Source: Spirochaetales bacterium (lineage in GTDB: Bacteria; Spirochaetota; Spirochaetia; JABEVK01). Taken from it: a stretch of DNA of 64,000 nucleotides. The translations under genes were made by a program, and so were the position numbers. Below, piece after piece: positions 45,728-55,393 of the stretch. Positions within the stretch are counted from its first letter, which is position 1. Each line of letters begins with the position of its first letter. The stretch lies in assembly GCA_037142615.1 (NCBI GenBank), contig JBAXAI010000001.1:192001-256000 (forward strand), written 5' to 3'. The notes beneath the pieces are model-generated. The model searched no databases. It saw nothing but the letters and a program-made list of their open reading frames with translations, and had not been told where the DNA came from.

Positions 45728-47227
45728 ATGTCAAAGCCCCGCAAGATCTACGATTTCTCGGAAGAGAAAGTCCAGCAGCAACTCGTTACTGCTCTGCGCA
45801 GGAATCAGGGCTCGGCAACCGTTGCCGACCTCATCAGCCTCTCTGGCCTTCCCAAGTTTCAGGTGGAATCCATGCTTCCTGTTGTGGTGGATGAGTGCCG
45901 GGGACAAATGCAGGTTACGGCCTCGGGAGACATTCTGTACCGCTTTCCCAAGGGGCTAACGAACCAGGCCCGAGGCGCCTCGGCAACGTGGAAACGGATC
46001 CTGAAGCGGTTTCTGACGGTCAGCGCAAAAATCCTCACCTGGCTGTTCAAGGCATGGATCGTTGTCATGTTGTTGGGTTACTTTGCCCTGTTCGTTCTCA
46101 TCCTTCTGGCGGCGGTAGTGATCTCGATTGCTCTTTCCTTTGCAAAGAGGGGGGAAGACCGTGATGATTCCGGCGGGGGCATCTTGGGATTCTACCTCGT
46201 GACCCGCGTTTTTGAGTTCTTCCTGCTGCTCTGGCTCTATTCGGGCGATACCCAGATCCGCGACCAGAAAAAAAAGAAACCCTTCTTCAAGGCGGTCTTC
46301 GAGTTTGTGTTTGGTGTCGAGGAGAAGCCCGAGGTAAGGGAGCGGGCCCAACGAAAAGCCGTGATCGCCTGGTTGCAGGAACACAAGGGCTCGATAACGT
46401 TGGAAGAACTCATGGTCCTGACGGGAGCGCCGCGTCAAGAAGCCGACAGGCTGGTGAGCCGACTCCTCCTCGAACTGGAAGGTCAACCGCTGGTTTCCGA
46501 CGAAGGAACCTTGTACTTCTTCTTCCCCGAGGTTCTCCGCACTACCAAAGACTCGTCGCTGACTTCGTCCCACTTGGCCGAAGCGGAGCTGATCCCCTTC
46601 ACCCGCAACCCTTCCAAGACCAACCAGTGGATCGGGTTTCTCAATGGCTTCAATCTGGTCCTCTCGGCCTATTTTCTGGGATTCGGTTCCCTAGGTTTCG
46701 AAGCGATTCAAGGTTCGGGGGATGCCTTGGCGTTTGTGTACCAGCTTACCGTGGTTTTGTTGGTGAACTTCACTTCTCTCGGGCTGGCCTCTGCTGAAGC
46801 GCTGATCGCTGTCGTGCTCGGCATCGTACCTGCTGCCTACTCGGCATTCTTCTTTGGCATTCCGCTGGTTCGACGCTGGAGGGAGAAGCAGAGGAACGAA
46901 CTACGCAAGACCGAGAACTTCCGCAGAAAAGTACTTGTGCGCGTCTTTGGCAATCCCCTCGAGATCCGACTCGAGGGGATTGAGCCCGACTCGGAGCGCA
47001 ACGCGCCCGGCAAGCCCGGGCCCGAACGCGAGGCCCTGAAAGAGCGGATGCTTCGGGATGTGGCAGATTCCCGGTTACTCGAGGTTCAGTCTACTGCACC
47101 ATTGGTCTATCAGGTTCCCGACTTTCTGCGTGAAAAGAACGACATGGTCAAAGTAAGGGCCGCCACCGATACCAAGGCCTATAGGCCAAGCGAAGTGATC
47201 TTCGACACCGAAAAACGCTTGGAGTAA
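45728..47227 (+). CDS. membrane protein with duplicated winged-helix-like module
   Basis: Two copies of the T..[DE]L..L[ST]G...G...V...G..[YL].FP module, each followed by a TM pair. Confidence 0.8.
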   Translation: MSKPRKIYDFSEEKVQQQLVTALRRNQGSATVADLISLSGLPKFQVESMLPVVVDECRGQMQVTASGDILYRFPKGLTNQARGASATWKRILKRFLTVSAKILTWLFKAWIVVMLLGYFALFVLILLAAVVISIALSFAKRGEDRDDSGGGILGFYLVTRVFEFFLLLWLYSGDTQIRDQKKKKPFFKAVFEFVFGVEEKPEVRERAQRKAVIAWLQEHKGSITLEELMVLTGAPRQEADRLVSRLLLELEGQPLVSDEGTLYFFFPEVLRTTKDSSLTSSHLAEAELIPFTRNPSKTNQWIGFLNGFNLVLSAYFLGFGSLGFEAIQGSGDALAFVYQLTVVLLVNFTSLGLASAEALIAVVLGIVPAAYSAFFFGIPLVRRWREKQRNELRKTENFRRKVLVRVFGNPLEIRLEGIEPDSERNAPGKPGPEREALKERMLRDVADSRLLEVQSTAPLVYQVPDFLREKNDMVKVRAATDTKAYRPSEVIFDTEKRLE

Positions 47228-47230
47228 ACG

Positions 47231-48721
47231 CTAGACTGCGAGAAACTGCCAAGACTGTCGGATCTTGGTCAGCAAGGCCTCACGTTTGATGGGCTTCCAG
47301 AGTCCATTCTTGCGCTCGAACCCGAGCGGGCCTTCCAGCAGTTCGTCGAGACCGCCATTGAGCACTTGGGAAACCCGAAGGTAGCTCTGAAGCCCCTCCA
47401 TTTTGGCATGGCGTTCGTCAAGGAGTCCGCTCGAAAGGAAGCAGTCCATCAAGAGTTTGGCCGCAAGGAAACGTCGCCGCTTCTCGACCCCGTAGATCAG
47501 GGGGCGATCAATGAGCCCGATCACTTCCCAGGTAACCTGCTCGGCTTGGGAGTAGCGTCCGATGTCCTTGTCCTGGTCGGATACCCGCACCGGAAGGAGT
47601 TCCAGGATCCGGTCCAGATTCGCACACAGGTAGTCGAGGTCGAAAAGGCCTGTGGCACAGTTAAAAAGAATGGGCGTCCCCGCGGTTTCAGCCTCTTGCA
47701 CCCGTTTGACGTCGAGAGCCACGCCGATATCGGCACAGTTTAGGCGTCCGTCCGGCTGCCTGTAGAGCACGCCTCCTTTCACATCCAAAGGCGTTTTGAA
47801 GCAGAAATCGAAGGCGGCAGGCCGCTTCAAGAGTTCAAGAACTGCCAGACCCCGAAGGCTCGGCAGGTAGCCGAGATTGTCGATGTTCCCCAAATATACG
47901 TAGCGGTACCCCTGCGACTTCAGGCCCTCGTAGATCGTGCGCAGAACGCGGAAGTTCTGCCCATGCCCTGCCGGGAGGGCATAGGGAACCCGCTGACCCT
48001 GCTTCTCCACTTCGAACACCCGCCAACTGAGCCCCTCGGGAGCCAGCGCAAACGTGCCCACCAAATCTTGGACCGCGGTGGGCGAGTCCGCCAAGTCGAT
48101 GGGGTATTCACCCAACAGCTCTGACAGAGCTGGACTTTCCTTGAGCCGGGGCCATGCCTCCCGAAGAGGGGCGTCGGTGCTGGCACTGGTCATCTGGAAG
48201 AGTTTCATACCGGGACCTGTGTGCCCCGCTTCGCGGGCTGCCAAATTGAGAAGCGCCAGATGCCGAAGTTTGAGCTCGAGGTACGTTGGACCCGGAGTTC
48301 CATCCTTTTGGAAGAAGCCCGGTGTGATCCCCTTGGGGAGGTGTCCGAAGTTGCGTACTGCCGCATCCAGAGAAGGCTTCCACAACTCAAACAGTTCCGG
48401 CCCGAAAGCCCGGTTCTTCTTGGTGTCAGCGTAACTGGTGGCCATACCCCCGTTCAAGACTCCGAAAGCCGTGCGGGGAACCAGCGAAAGGCCAATTTCT
48501 TCCAGTTCGGCCACTCCCAGTTTCACTGTTGTCTCCGAGCCTGGCAGTTCACGATTCAAGAGCCTTTGTGCCTCGGCGCGGTCAACTGTCAGCGGACTTT
48601 CAGAACGAAAATCCAGAATCAGATCGCCGAGCCCAGGAAACTCGGCTAACTGCACTGGCGGAGAAACCAGCGTGCCGTTGTTCAAGGCCTCGAGAATCTG
48701 GTTGGTGAACTGCCAGTCCAT
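47231..48721 (-). CDS. UTP--glucose-1-phosphate uridylyltransferase (eukaryote-like UDPGP family)
   Basis: VLNGGMATS, FQMTS, PAGHGQNF, YLGNIDNLG, DVKGG, FNCATGLF; downstream of glucokinase. Confidence 0.85.
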   Translation of the reverse strand: MDWQFTNQILEALNNGTLVSPPVQLAEFPGLGDLILDFRSESPLTVDRAEAQRLLNRELPGSETTVKLGVAELEEIGLSLVPRTAFGVLNGGMATSYADTKKNRAFGPELFELWKPSLDAAVRNFGHLPKGITPGFFQKDGTPGPTYLELKLRHLALLNLAAREAGHTGPGMKLFQMTSASTDAPLREAWPRLKESPALSELLGEYPIDLADSPTAVQDLVGTFALAPEGLSWRVFEVEKQGQRVPYALPAGHGQNFRVLRTIYEGLKSQGYRYVYLGNIDNLGYLPSLRGLAVLELLKRPAAFDFCFKTPLDVKGGVLYRQPDGRLNCADIGVALDVKRVQEAETAGTPILFNCATGLFDLDYLCANLDRILELLPVRVSDQDKDIGRYSQAEQVTWEVIGLIDRPLIYGVEKRRRFLAAKLLMDCFLSSGLLDERHAKMEGLQSYLRVSQVLNGGLDELLEGPLGFERKNGLWKPIKREALLTKIRQSWQFLAV

Positions 48722-48722
48722 G

Positions 48723-49796
48723 CTAGACCATCAGCGACAGCGCGGCGTTGGCCGCCCCGTACAGCGAAATCGAGTAGTCCTTGATCACATACAGGGGAAT
48801 CTCCTGGAGTACTCGGAGCAGGTTAGGGTTGCAGTGTTGCTCAAAGGTCTTGACGAACAGGTTGTCGCGGGTGAAAAACTCGAGGTTCTTGCCCGAGATT
48901 CCCCCTGCAAGGTAGAAGCCACCCTTGGGTATCAGGAAACACGCCACGCTGGCCGAGAACCGGGCGTAGAGCTTTACGAAACCGACCATCACCTGTCGAC
49001 AGCCTTCGTGTTCCGCGGCGAGCTGCGAAATCCGGGCTGGCTTATCCTGATCGGGCAGGCGCAAGATTTCCTGAACTGCCTTGTCGTTCTTGTCGAGGCG
49101 GCCCGCTTCGAGGAGGTAATAAAAATAGTTCTTGATGCCCATTCCCGAGATGGCCATCTCGTATTCGGGGACCAGACCGATCCCGTCCTGGATAAACTTC
49201 TTGAAACCGTGCGAATCCTCGTCAAAGTCGGCCATGTCCATGTGGCCTCCCTCCGAAGGAAAGGCTCTCCACCGGTCACCCATGCGGGCAAGAAAGCCGA
49301 CCCCCAGACCGGTTCCGGCACCCACGACGGCCTTCAAGTCACCCTGCGGTTCGGGGCTTGCTCCCGAGGGCCTCTTCAACACTTCAATCTGGGCCGGGTC
49401 GGCAGGGTTCAGCAGCGGAAGCCCGTAGCTGATCGCCGAAAAGTCATTGATGATCAGCGTCTTGACACCCAAAGTGTCCTCGATTTCGTTGCCGTCAATC
49501 ACCCAGTTCTGGTTCGTCATCTTGCAGAAATTGTCTTTGACCGGGCCGGCGCCCGAAATGCAGCACAGATCGAAGGCCAGATTAGGATGTTTTTCCCGCA
49601 CCACTTCCATGGTCTTTTTGACGCAGGCCGTGAACTGAGTTACCAAGGAACTCTCAAAGATCACCTCAAGAATCAAATCAATTTTGCCGTCGTACTCGGC
49701 GGCCATGCCCAAGTTTGTGTTTGTGCCGCCCACGTCGCCCACCAGCAAGAAGCGGCGGTATTTCTTGTCGACTTCTTTCATCCATTGCACTTTCAT
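48723..49796 (-). CDS. glk: glucokinase
   Basis: VGDVGGTNT, SGAGPV, INDF, GAGTGLG, PSEGGH, YLAGGI. Confidence 0.93.
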   Translation of the reverse strand: MKVQWMKEVDKKYRRFLLVGDVGGTNTNLGMAAEYDGKIDLILEVIFESSLVTQFTACVKKTMEVVREKHPNLAFDLCCISGAGPVKDNFCKMTNQNWVIDGNEIEDTLGVKTLIINDFSAISYGLPLLNPADPAQIEVLKRPSGASPEPQGDLKAVVGAGTGLGVGFLARMGDRWRAFPSEGGHMDMADFDEDSHGFKKFIQDGIGLVPEYEMAISGMGIKNYFYYLLEAGRLDKNDKAVQEILRLPDQDKPARISQLAAEHEGCRQVMVGFVKLYARFSASVACFLIPKGGFYLAGGISGKNLEFFTRDNLFVKTFEQHCNPNLLRVLQEIPLYVIKDYSISLYGAANAALSLMV

Positions 49797-49853
49797 GCGG
49801 CTATCCTCGTCGGTTGGTTTTCTCTAGAATAGGACACGTTGAGGGTTTCGTCC

Positions 49854-50591
49854 ATGAAGAATACCGAGCCGAACTGGCTGTTTCTCGACTTTGACGGCGT
49901 CTTGTGTGATTCCCTCGAAGAGTGTTTGCGCTCCAGTTGGCTTGCGCTTTCGCGTGTTGCTATCGGGCCTGCGACACCCCCCGAGCCGCCCTTTGATGCG
50001 GAATACCGGCGAGCGTTTCTCGGATGTCGCCCCTTTGTTCGTTCGGGCGAGGACTACCTGGTTCTTCACAGCCTGGTCCAGCAAGGGCGGGGTCCTCGAA
50101 GCCAAGCCGAGTTTGACCTAGAACTTGGTCGTCTAGGTCGGCCAGCCTTGGATGGGCTCAAGACTCGGCTCTACCAGGTTCGCGAGGAAATGCTGAACCG
50201 GCACAGGTCCTTGTGGCTTAGTTGGAACCCTCTGTTTGCCGGCATCCGCGAGGTACTTCAGTCCCTCGAGGCTCATCCCAGGGCCTGGATACTTTCAACA
50301 AAGAAGGCCTCTTTTATTCAGGAAATCCTTTCCTATCAAGGAATCGTTTGGCCAATAGAACGGATTCAGTACTCAGGGAGCGAGAGCAAGCTGGGGTTTG
50401 TGGAATCCCTGACGAACGGAGGTCCGTCCCTGCTGGTGGACGACCAGATCGACCATCTGAACTTTCATCACCCAACCTGTCTCTGTGCTCTTGCCCTGTG
50501 GGGTTACGTTGACCCGGCCAGCTCAAGTGGAGCGCCGTCTACAGTTACTTTGGTGGATTTTCCTGACCTCGTCAGCAGTTGGGTAAGTTGA
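49854..50591 (+). CDS. HAD family hydrolase
   Basis: LDFDGVLCDS, ILSTK, LVDD, LWGY. Confidence 0.85.
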   Translation: MKNTEPNWLFLDFDGVLCDSLEECLRSSWLALSRVAIGPATPPEPPFDAEYRRAFLGCRPFVRSGEDYLVLHSLVQQGRGPRSQAEFDLELGRLGRPALDGLKTRLYQVREEMLNRHRSLWLSWNPLFAGIREVLQSLEAHPRAWILSTKKASFIQEILSYQGIVWPIERIQYSGSESKLGFVESLTNGGPSLLVDDQIDHLNFHHPTCLCALALWGYVDPASSSGAPSTVTLVDFPDLVSSWVS

Positions 50592-50597
50592 GTCTGC

Positions 50598-51056
50598 TCA
50601 GGTCTCTTCCGTGTCCGGCTTCGTCAGCAGGTGCATCTCGTCGGCGGTGATGAAGTCTTCTTTGTCTTCCTCTTCGTTCGTCGCGATCCTTTGCAAACCC
50701 CGGATCTCGGCAAGGTCCTGACGATGTGCCTCTTGGCGTTGCCGCAGTTCCGGAAAGAACGAAACCATGAACTCGCAGAAAGCATACTTCTGCGTCAGGA
50801 TCTCTTCGAGCAGGTCTACGAACACGGACTCGACTTTCACCAGATTGTGGAAGTACTCCGAACGCCGTATCAAGTTGGAGTTCTCCTTGAGGGTTGAGAA
50901 GATCTTGCCCAGACCCGAATCTACAAACCTGAGGTCTGCAATAACCTTGTCCAGAAAGTAGTCGGAATCAATGGTAAGCTGAAAGCCTTCTTTGAGGAGT
51001 TTCATCTGAAGGTTGAAGAAGAAGAGGTCGTCCTCGAAGTGGATCTTGTTTTTCAT
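50598..51056 (-). CDS. spirochete hypothetical protein
   Basis: 152-aa acidic helical ORF beginning MKNKIHFEDDLFF; -10 TAGAAT upstream. Confidence 0.8.
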   Translation of the reverse strand: MKNKIHFEDDLFFFNLQMKLLKEGFQLTIDSDYFLDKVIADLRFVDSGLGKIFSTLKENSNLIRRSEYFHNLVKVESVFVDLLEEILTQKYAFCEFMVSFFPELRQRQEAHRQDLAEIRGLQRIATNEEEDKEDFITADEMHLLTKPDTEET

Positions 51057-51108
51057 CTGGTTGGGTCCGAATTGACATTCTAACCAGAACTGTGTTAGTT
51101 TGGCAACG

Positions 51109-51155
51109 CCTCTTTATCCGGCCCTTGGGGTCCGGATCGTATGTCCGCAAGGAGG
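51109..51155 (+). promoter_or_regulatory. S6:S18 ribosomal protein leader
   Basis: CCTCTT can pair with SD AAGGAGG; inner hairpin ATCCGGCCC/GGGTCCGGAT; unpaired CCG just before the SD stem; promoter TTGACA-N18-TAGTTT at 51072-51101. Confidence 0.7.
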
Positions 51156-51159
51156 AATC

Positions 51160-51441
51160 ATGCGCACTTATGAAGTTGTGTTCATTTTTCGTCACGAAAA
51201 TGATCACTTTACCAAAGGTCTCGAACTTGTTCGAAACGAACTGAAGACCTTTGGAGCCAATATCCTGAAAGAAGAGGATATGGGGGAACGGAATCTGGCC
51301 TATCCGATCAAGAAACAGGATCGCGGCCACTATATTCTGTTCAACGTTGAGTTTGCACCCGACAAAGTGGTGGAAATCGACAAGTCTTTTAAGCTTCAGA
51401 CGGAAATTCTGAAGTTTCTGTTCATCGTTCAGGAAGCCTGA
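51160..51441 (+). CDS. rpsF: 30S ribosomal protein S6
   Basis: MRTYEVVFI, MGERNLAYPIKK, GHY. Confidence 0.96.
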   Translation: MRTYEVVFIFRHENDHFTKGLELVRNELKTFGANILKEEDMGERNLAYPIKKQDRGHYILFNVEFAPDKVVEIDKSFKLQTEILKFLFIVQEA

Positions 51442-51451
51442 GGTCGCGACT

Positions 51452-51922
51452 ATGGCAGGTGACATCAACCAGGTCGTCCTGGTCGGGCGTGTAACCCGAG
51501 ATGCGGAACTCCGCTATACGGCATCCGGCACGGCACTCTGTAACTTCTCGGTGGCTATCAACCGCCGGGTCAAGAAGGGCGACCAGTGGTCAGATGAGGC
51601 CAGCTTCTTCGACCTTACTCTGTGGGACAAACAGGCCGAGAACCTGAACAAGTACCTCGTCAAGGGGACTCAAGTCGCTGTACAGGGTGAGCTCCGGCAA
51701 GATCGATGGGAAAAAGACGGTCAGAAGTTCAGCAAGGTCCAGGTGTTCGTCAATAATCTGCAGTTGTTGGGTTCGGGCAGGGGTCGCGATTCCGGGGATG
51801 TAAGAGGCCCTGACTCCGGTTCACAGGTGCCCACCCGCTCCAACGACAAACCCAGGTCTGAACCCTCTCCTGCAACTGATGACTTTGACCCGCAAGCTTA
51901 CGAGGACGACATTCCGTTCTGA
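51452..51922 (+). CDS. ssb: single-stranded DNA-binding protein
   Basis: [18 protein letters not shown]; C-terminal DDIPF. Confidence 0.97.
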   Translation: MAGDINQVVLVGRVTRDAELRYTASGTALCNFSVAINRRVKKGDQWSDEASFFDLTLWDKQAENLNKYLVKGTQVAVQGELRQDRWEKDGQKFSKVQVFVNNLQLLGSGRGRDSGDVRGPDSGSQVPTRSNDKPRSEPSPATDDFDPQAYEDDIPF

Positions 51923-51939
51923 TTACCTCAAGGAGGATT

Positions 51940-52263
51940 ATGGTGTCTTTTGAAAATGAAATGAAAGAAGTAGAAGAATCTTTGGACAAGAGCCCCAAGT
52001 CGGGGGACATGGAGCGCAGAGACGGTGCCGAACGAGGCGCCCGTCGCGGTAAAGTGTACTTCAAGAAGAAGATCTGCAAGTTCACGGTCCACAAGTGGCC
52101 ATGTGACTGGAAGCGGACCGATATTCTTCAGAAGTTCATCACTGAACGTGGCAAGATTTTGCCCCGAAGAATCACAGGAACCAGCGCCAAGTTCCAGCGA
52201 AAGCTGGCAAAACAGGTCAAGATTGCGCGGGTTCTGGCCCTGTTGCCGTACGTGAAGAACTAG
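51940..52263 (+). CDS. rpsR: 30S ribosomal protein S18
   Basis: [30 protein letters not shown]. Confidence 0.96.
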   Translation: MVSFENEMKEVEESLDKSPKSGDMERRDGAERGARRGKVYFKKKICKFTVHKWPCDWKRTDILQKFITERGKILPRRITGTSAKFQRKLAKQVKIARVLALLPYVKN

Positions 52264-52265
52264 AA

Positions 52266-53246
52266 ATGGCCCAGCCGAACGTTCCTGCTTGGGTTTTTGC
52301 CCTGGCTGGGGCGCTGGTAAGCTCCGTCTTGTTTCACCTTAGTCTGCTTGGGGTCCTGTTTCTGTTGCCCTTGGTGTGGCTGAACAAGAGGCACTCCCAG
52401 GCGACGGCTTTGGAAGGCGCGGCAGCCACGGCGGCTTTACTGATCTGCTGGACATTCGGACGTCTGGCGCTCGAGAAGTCCACCTGGACAGTCTGGGACA
52501 GTCTGGATTTGGGTTTGCCGCTCTTCTTGCTTGCGGGTTGGGTTGCTCTGGTACTTTTGAACGGCACGGGTTGGCGCTTCGTTTACCGCCTTGGCGCGGT
52601 CACTTTAGTTGCCGCCGTCATTGGGTTGCCGCTGGTTACGGGCCTCCTTGCCGTGCCTGCGGTGGAAAAGGCCTGGAAGGACGGCTTCGAGATAGTGTGG
52701 AAGCAGATCGCTGAGGCCTCGGGCTCGGCAGGACTTCAGGACTGGTCGGCGAACAAGGACGACTTCTTTGTCCTTGTTCGCGAGTCGATTTCAGCGGCCT
52801 TTCTACCAGTGTTGTTTCTGTTCTGGGCAGCAACAGAGTCGTGGTCCCGACGCTGGGGTTGGTCTGGAACCGGCCCGGTTCGCTGGGTGGACTTCCGTCT
52901 GCCTTCCCGTGCCGTGGTTGTCTTCTTGGGTTTATGGATGGTGATTCTGGTCCAGAGCTTGGTCCGAAACTTGGGTGGGCGGGGCCTGGAAGGGGTGCTT
53001 TGGTACGGTGTGGCGAATCTAGCCATCGTTGCTTGGATCGCCTACGCGCTTGTCGGCTGGGGTATTGTCAAGTCACTCTTGCAGCGAGGCAAGGTGCCGC
53101 CCCTGGCTCAGACGTTGATGGGAATGATGCTGATCCTTTCGCTTTTTGCGGGGGGAGTAATGTCGGTGGTCGTATTGATCGCCTTGCCATTGCTGGCGGT
53201 ACTGGAACTTTGGATCGATTTTCGAAAGACTGAGCAAAGAGGGTAG
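52266..53246 (+). CDS. polytopic membrane protein (DUF2232/YybS-like)
   Basis: Many TM helices; typical position between rpsR and rplI; ends ELWIDFRK. Confidence 0.75.
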   Translation: MAQPNVPAWVFALAGALVSSVLFHLSLLGVLFLLPLVWLNKRHSQATALEGAAATAALLICWTFGRLALEKSTWTVWDSLDLGLPLFLLAGWVALVLLNGTGWRFVYRLGAVTLVAAVIGLPLVTGLLAVPAVEKAWKDGFEIVWKQIAEASGSAGLQDWSANKDDFFVLVRESISAAFLPVLFLFWAATESWSRRWGWSGTGPVRWVDFRLPSRAVVVFLGLWMVILVQSLVRNLGGRGLEGVLWYGVANLAIVAWIAYALVGWGIVKSLLQRGKVPPLAQTLMGMMLILSLFAGGVMSVVVLIALPLLAVLELWIDFRKTEQRG

Positions 53247-53250
53247 GATT

Positions 53251-53703
53251 ATGAAGGTCATTCTGCTGAAGGATGTGGAGAATCTGGGGGAAGAAGGGGA
53301 AATCAAGACAGTGGCTGATGGCTACGGTCGGAACTTCCTTCTGCCCCGCGGCTTCGCTGTATTGGCGTCAAAGCACGGCTTGAACCTGATTGAACAAAGA
53401 AAGGTCAAGATTGAGGCCCGCAAGGAAGAAAAGCGCAAGGAAGCCTTGGGTCTAAAGGACAAGCTCCAGAGCTTGCATCTGGTGATTTCGATGCCGGCAG
53501 GCGACAACGGCAAGCTATTTGGCGCTGTCACCAACGGCGTCGTTGCCGAACAGTTGCTGAAGCAAGGTATCACGATGGATCGGCGCCACATTTCGTTGCC
53601 CGGAAATGCCATCAAACTGGTCGGTGTGTACGAGGCCAAAGTTCGCGTACTCGACCGCGAATACGCAACGGTGAAGGTGGAAGTGAAGGCTTTGGAAGCC
53701 TGA
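53251..53703 (+). CDS. rplI: 50S ribosomal protein L9
   Basis: MKVILLKDVENLG, GYGRNFLLPRG, GKLFGAVT. Confidence 0.97.
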   Translation: MKVILLKDVENLGEEGEIKTVADGYGRNFLLPRGFAVLASKHGLNLIEQRKVKIEARKEEKRKEALGLKDKLQSLHLVISMPAGDNGKLFGAVTNGVVAEQLLKQGITMDRRHISLPGNAIKLVGVYEAKVRVLDREYATVKVEVKALEA

Positions 53704-53707
53704 TTCT

Positions 53708-55051
53708 GTGGGAAAGGAGAGAGTTCCTCCACACAACGAGGATGCGGAATCCGCAGTGTTGGGTGCTCTCCTCCTTTCTCGGGATGCTTTGGACGTTGTT
53801 GTCCAGATCCTTCGCCCGCAAGACTTCTACAAACAGTCGTACCGGCTCATCTACGAATCGATTCTCTCTATGCAGACAGAAGGTCAGGAGGTTGACGTCC
53901 TCACCCTGTCGAACGCTCTGACAAGGCACGGAAAACTCGATCTAGCCGGTGGACCCGTCGCGCTGGCATTGCTGACTGAGTCTGTCCCGACGGCCGCCAA
54001 CGCAGAATACTACGCACACATGGTCAAGAACGCTGCGGTGCGGAGAAACCTTATTGAAGTTTCAAGCCGACTCATTCTCCAAAGCTACGAAGAGTCCACC
54101 GATAGCAGGATCCTGCTGGAAGACGCCGAAAAGCGCATTTTCGAGCTTGGGGAAGAGCGGACTTCCCGTAGCTACAAGAAGGCTTCCGAGCTCGTGACGG
54201 CAGCCATGGAACGCATTATCGCGCTTTCCAAATCCAAGGATGTCGTAACCGGTATTCCGACCGGCTTCAAGGATCTCGACCAAGCGACCACGGGATTCCA
54301 TGAGGCTGAGTTCATCATCATCGCGGCTCGACCATCGATCGGCAAAACAACCCTTGCTCTCAACATGGCTGCTCATCAGGCGGTCACCAAGAAGATTCCT
54401 GTCGGATTCCTTTCGCTCGAAATGCCCGATCTGGATATTGTCGATCGGATCTTGGCCTCGGAGGCCCGATTGGACTCCTCGAAGATCCGCAACGGGTTCC
54501 TGAGGCCCGCCGACCTTACCAGCCTACGTGACGTGGTACCTGCGATTTACGAGGCACCACTTTACATTGACGACTCACCCAACATGAAACTGCTCGATCT
54601 GCGTGCCCAAGCCAGGCGGATGAAGAGCAAGAACGACATTCAGATCCTGTACGTTGACTATATTTCGCTCATTGGCCACGAAAACATGAATATCCCACGG
54701 CACGAACAGGTCGCCGACATCAGTCGTTCGCTCAAAGCCCTCGCCCGTGAACTCAAGATCCCAGTGGTGGCGCTCTCCCAACTCACCCGCATAACGGAGG
54801 AAAAGGCCCCGGGTCTTGCTGACCTCCGGGAGTCGGGCTCGCTCGAGCAGGACGCCGATGTCGTCTTGTTCCTCCATCGCAAGCGAGGAACTGATCGGGA
54901 CGCGAAGGATTCGCATCAGAACTCGGTAGAGACCGACCTGATCATCGGAAAACAGCGGAAAGGTCCAATTGGCACCGTGAAGCTGATGTTCTTGCCTCAG
55001 TACACCCGCTTCGAAAGTTTTGATGGCGGACATGACCCCTCGTCTGTATAA
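53708..55051 (+). CDS. dnaB: replicative DNA helicase
   Basis: PPHNEDAESAVLG, AARPSIGKT, SLEM, VDY, LSQL, DLRESGSLEQDAD; no intein. Confidence 0.97.
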   Translation: MGKERVPPHNEDAESAVLGALLLSRDALDVVVQILRPQDFYKQSYRLIYESILSMQTEGQEVDVLTLSNALTRHGKLDLAGGPVALALLTESVPTAANAEYYAHMVKNAAVRRNLIEVSSRLILQSYEESTDSRILLEDAEKRIFELGEERTSRSYKKASELVTAAMERIIALSKSKDVVTGIPTGFKDLDQATTGFHEAEFIIIAARPSIGKTTLALNMAAHQAVTKKIPVGFLSLEMPDLDIVDRILASEARLDSSKIRNGFLRPADLTSLRDVVPAIYEAPLYIDDSPNMKLLDLRAQARRMKSKNDIQILYVDYISLIGHENMNIPRHEQVADISRSLKALARELKIPVVALSQLTRITEEKAPGLADLRESGSLEQDADVVLFLHRKRGTDRDAKDSHQNSVETDLIIGKQRKGPIGTVKLMFLPQYTRFESFDGGHDPSSV

Positions 55052-55068
55052 TGAAGGCGGGAGTTACC

Positions 55069-55371
55069 ATGAGTTTTCATAACAAGTACGATTTCAGCCT
55101 GCTCGTGAACGAAAAAGAACGCTGGGTGATTGATGAGCTCGAAAAGCAGCTGGTCCAGCGCCCCGAAGTCTGTCGTTGTCAGGAATGTGTTCTCGACATG
55201 GTCACACTAGCCCTCAACAACACCCGCCCGAGCTACCGTGTCACCCTGCTGGGATCCATTTATGCTCAGGCAGACAATGATGAAAACCAACAAAGTCTCG
55301 AGCACTCGGTAGCTATTGCTATCGGAAAGATCTTCGAGAACCCCTCGCACGCGCGCACCGATCGAGACTAG
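55069..55371 (+). CDS. ComFB family protein
   Basis: LVNEKE, CRCQECVLDMVTLALN..PSY, NPSH. Confidence 0.88.
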   Translation: MSFHNKYDFSLLVNEKERWVIDELEKQLVQRPEVCRCQECVLDMVTLALNNTRPSYRVTLLGSIYAQADNDENQQSLEHSVAIAIGKIFENPSHARTDRD

Positions 55372-55393
55372 TCCAGCGACCGGGGGTACAGTG

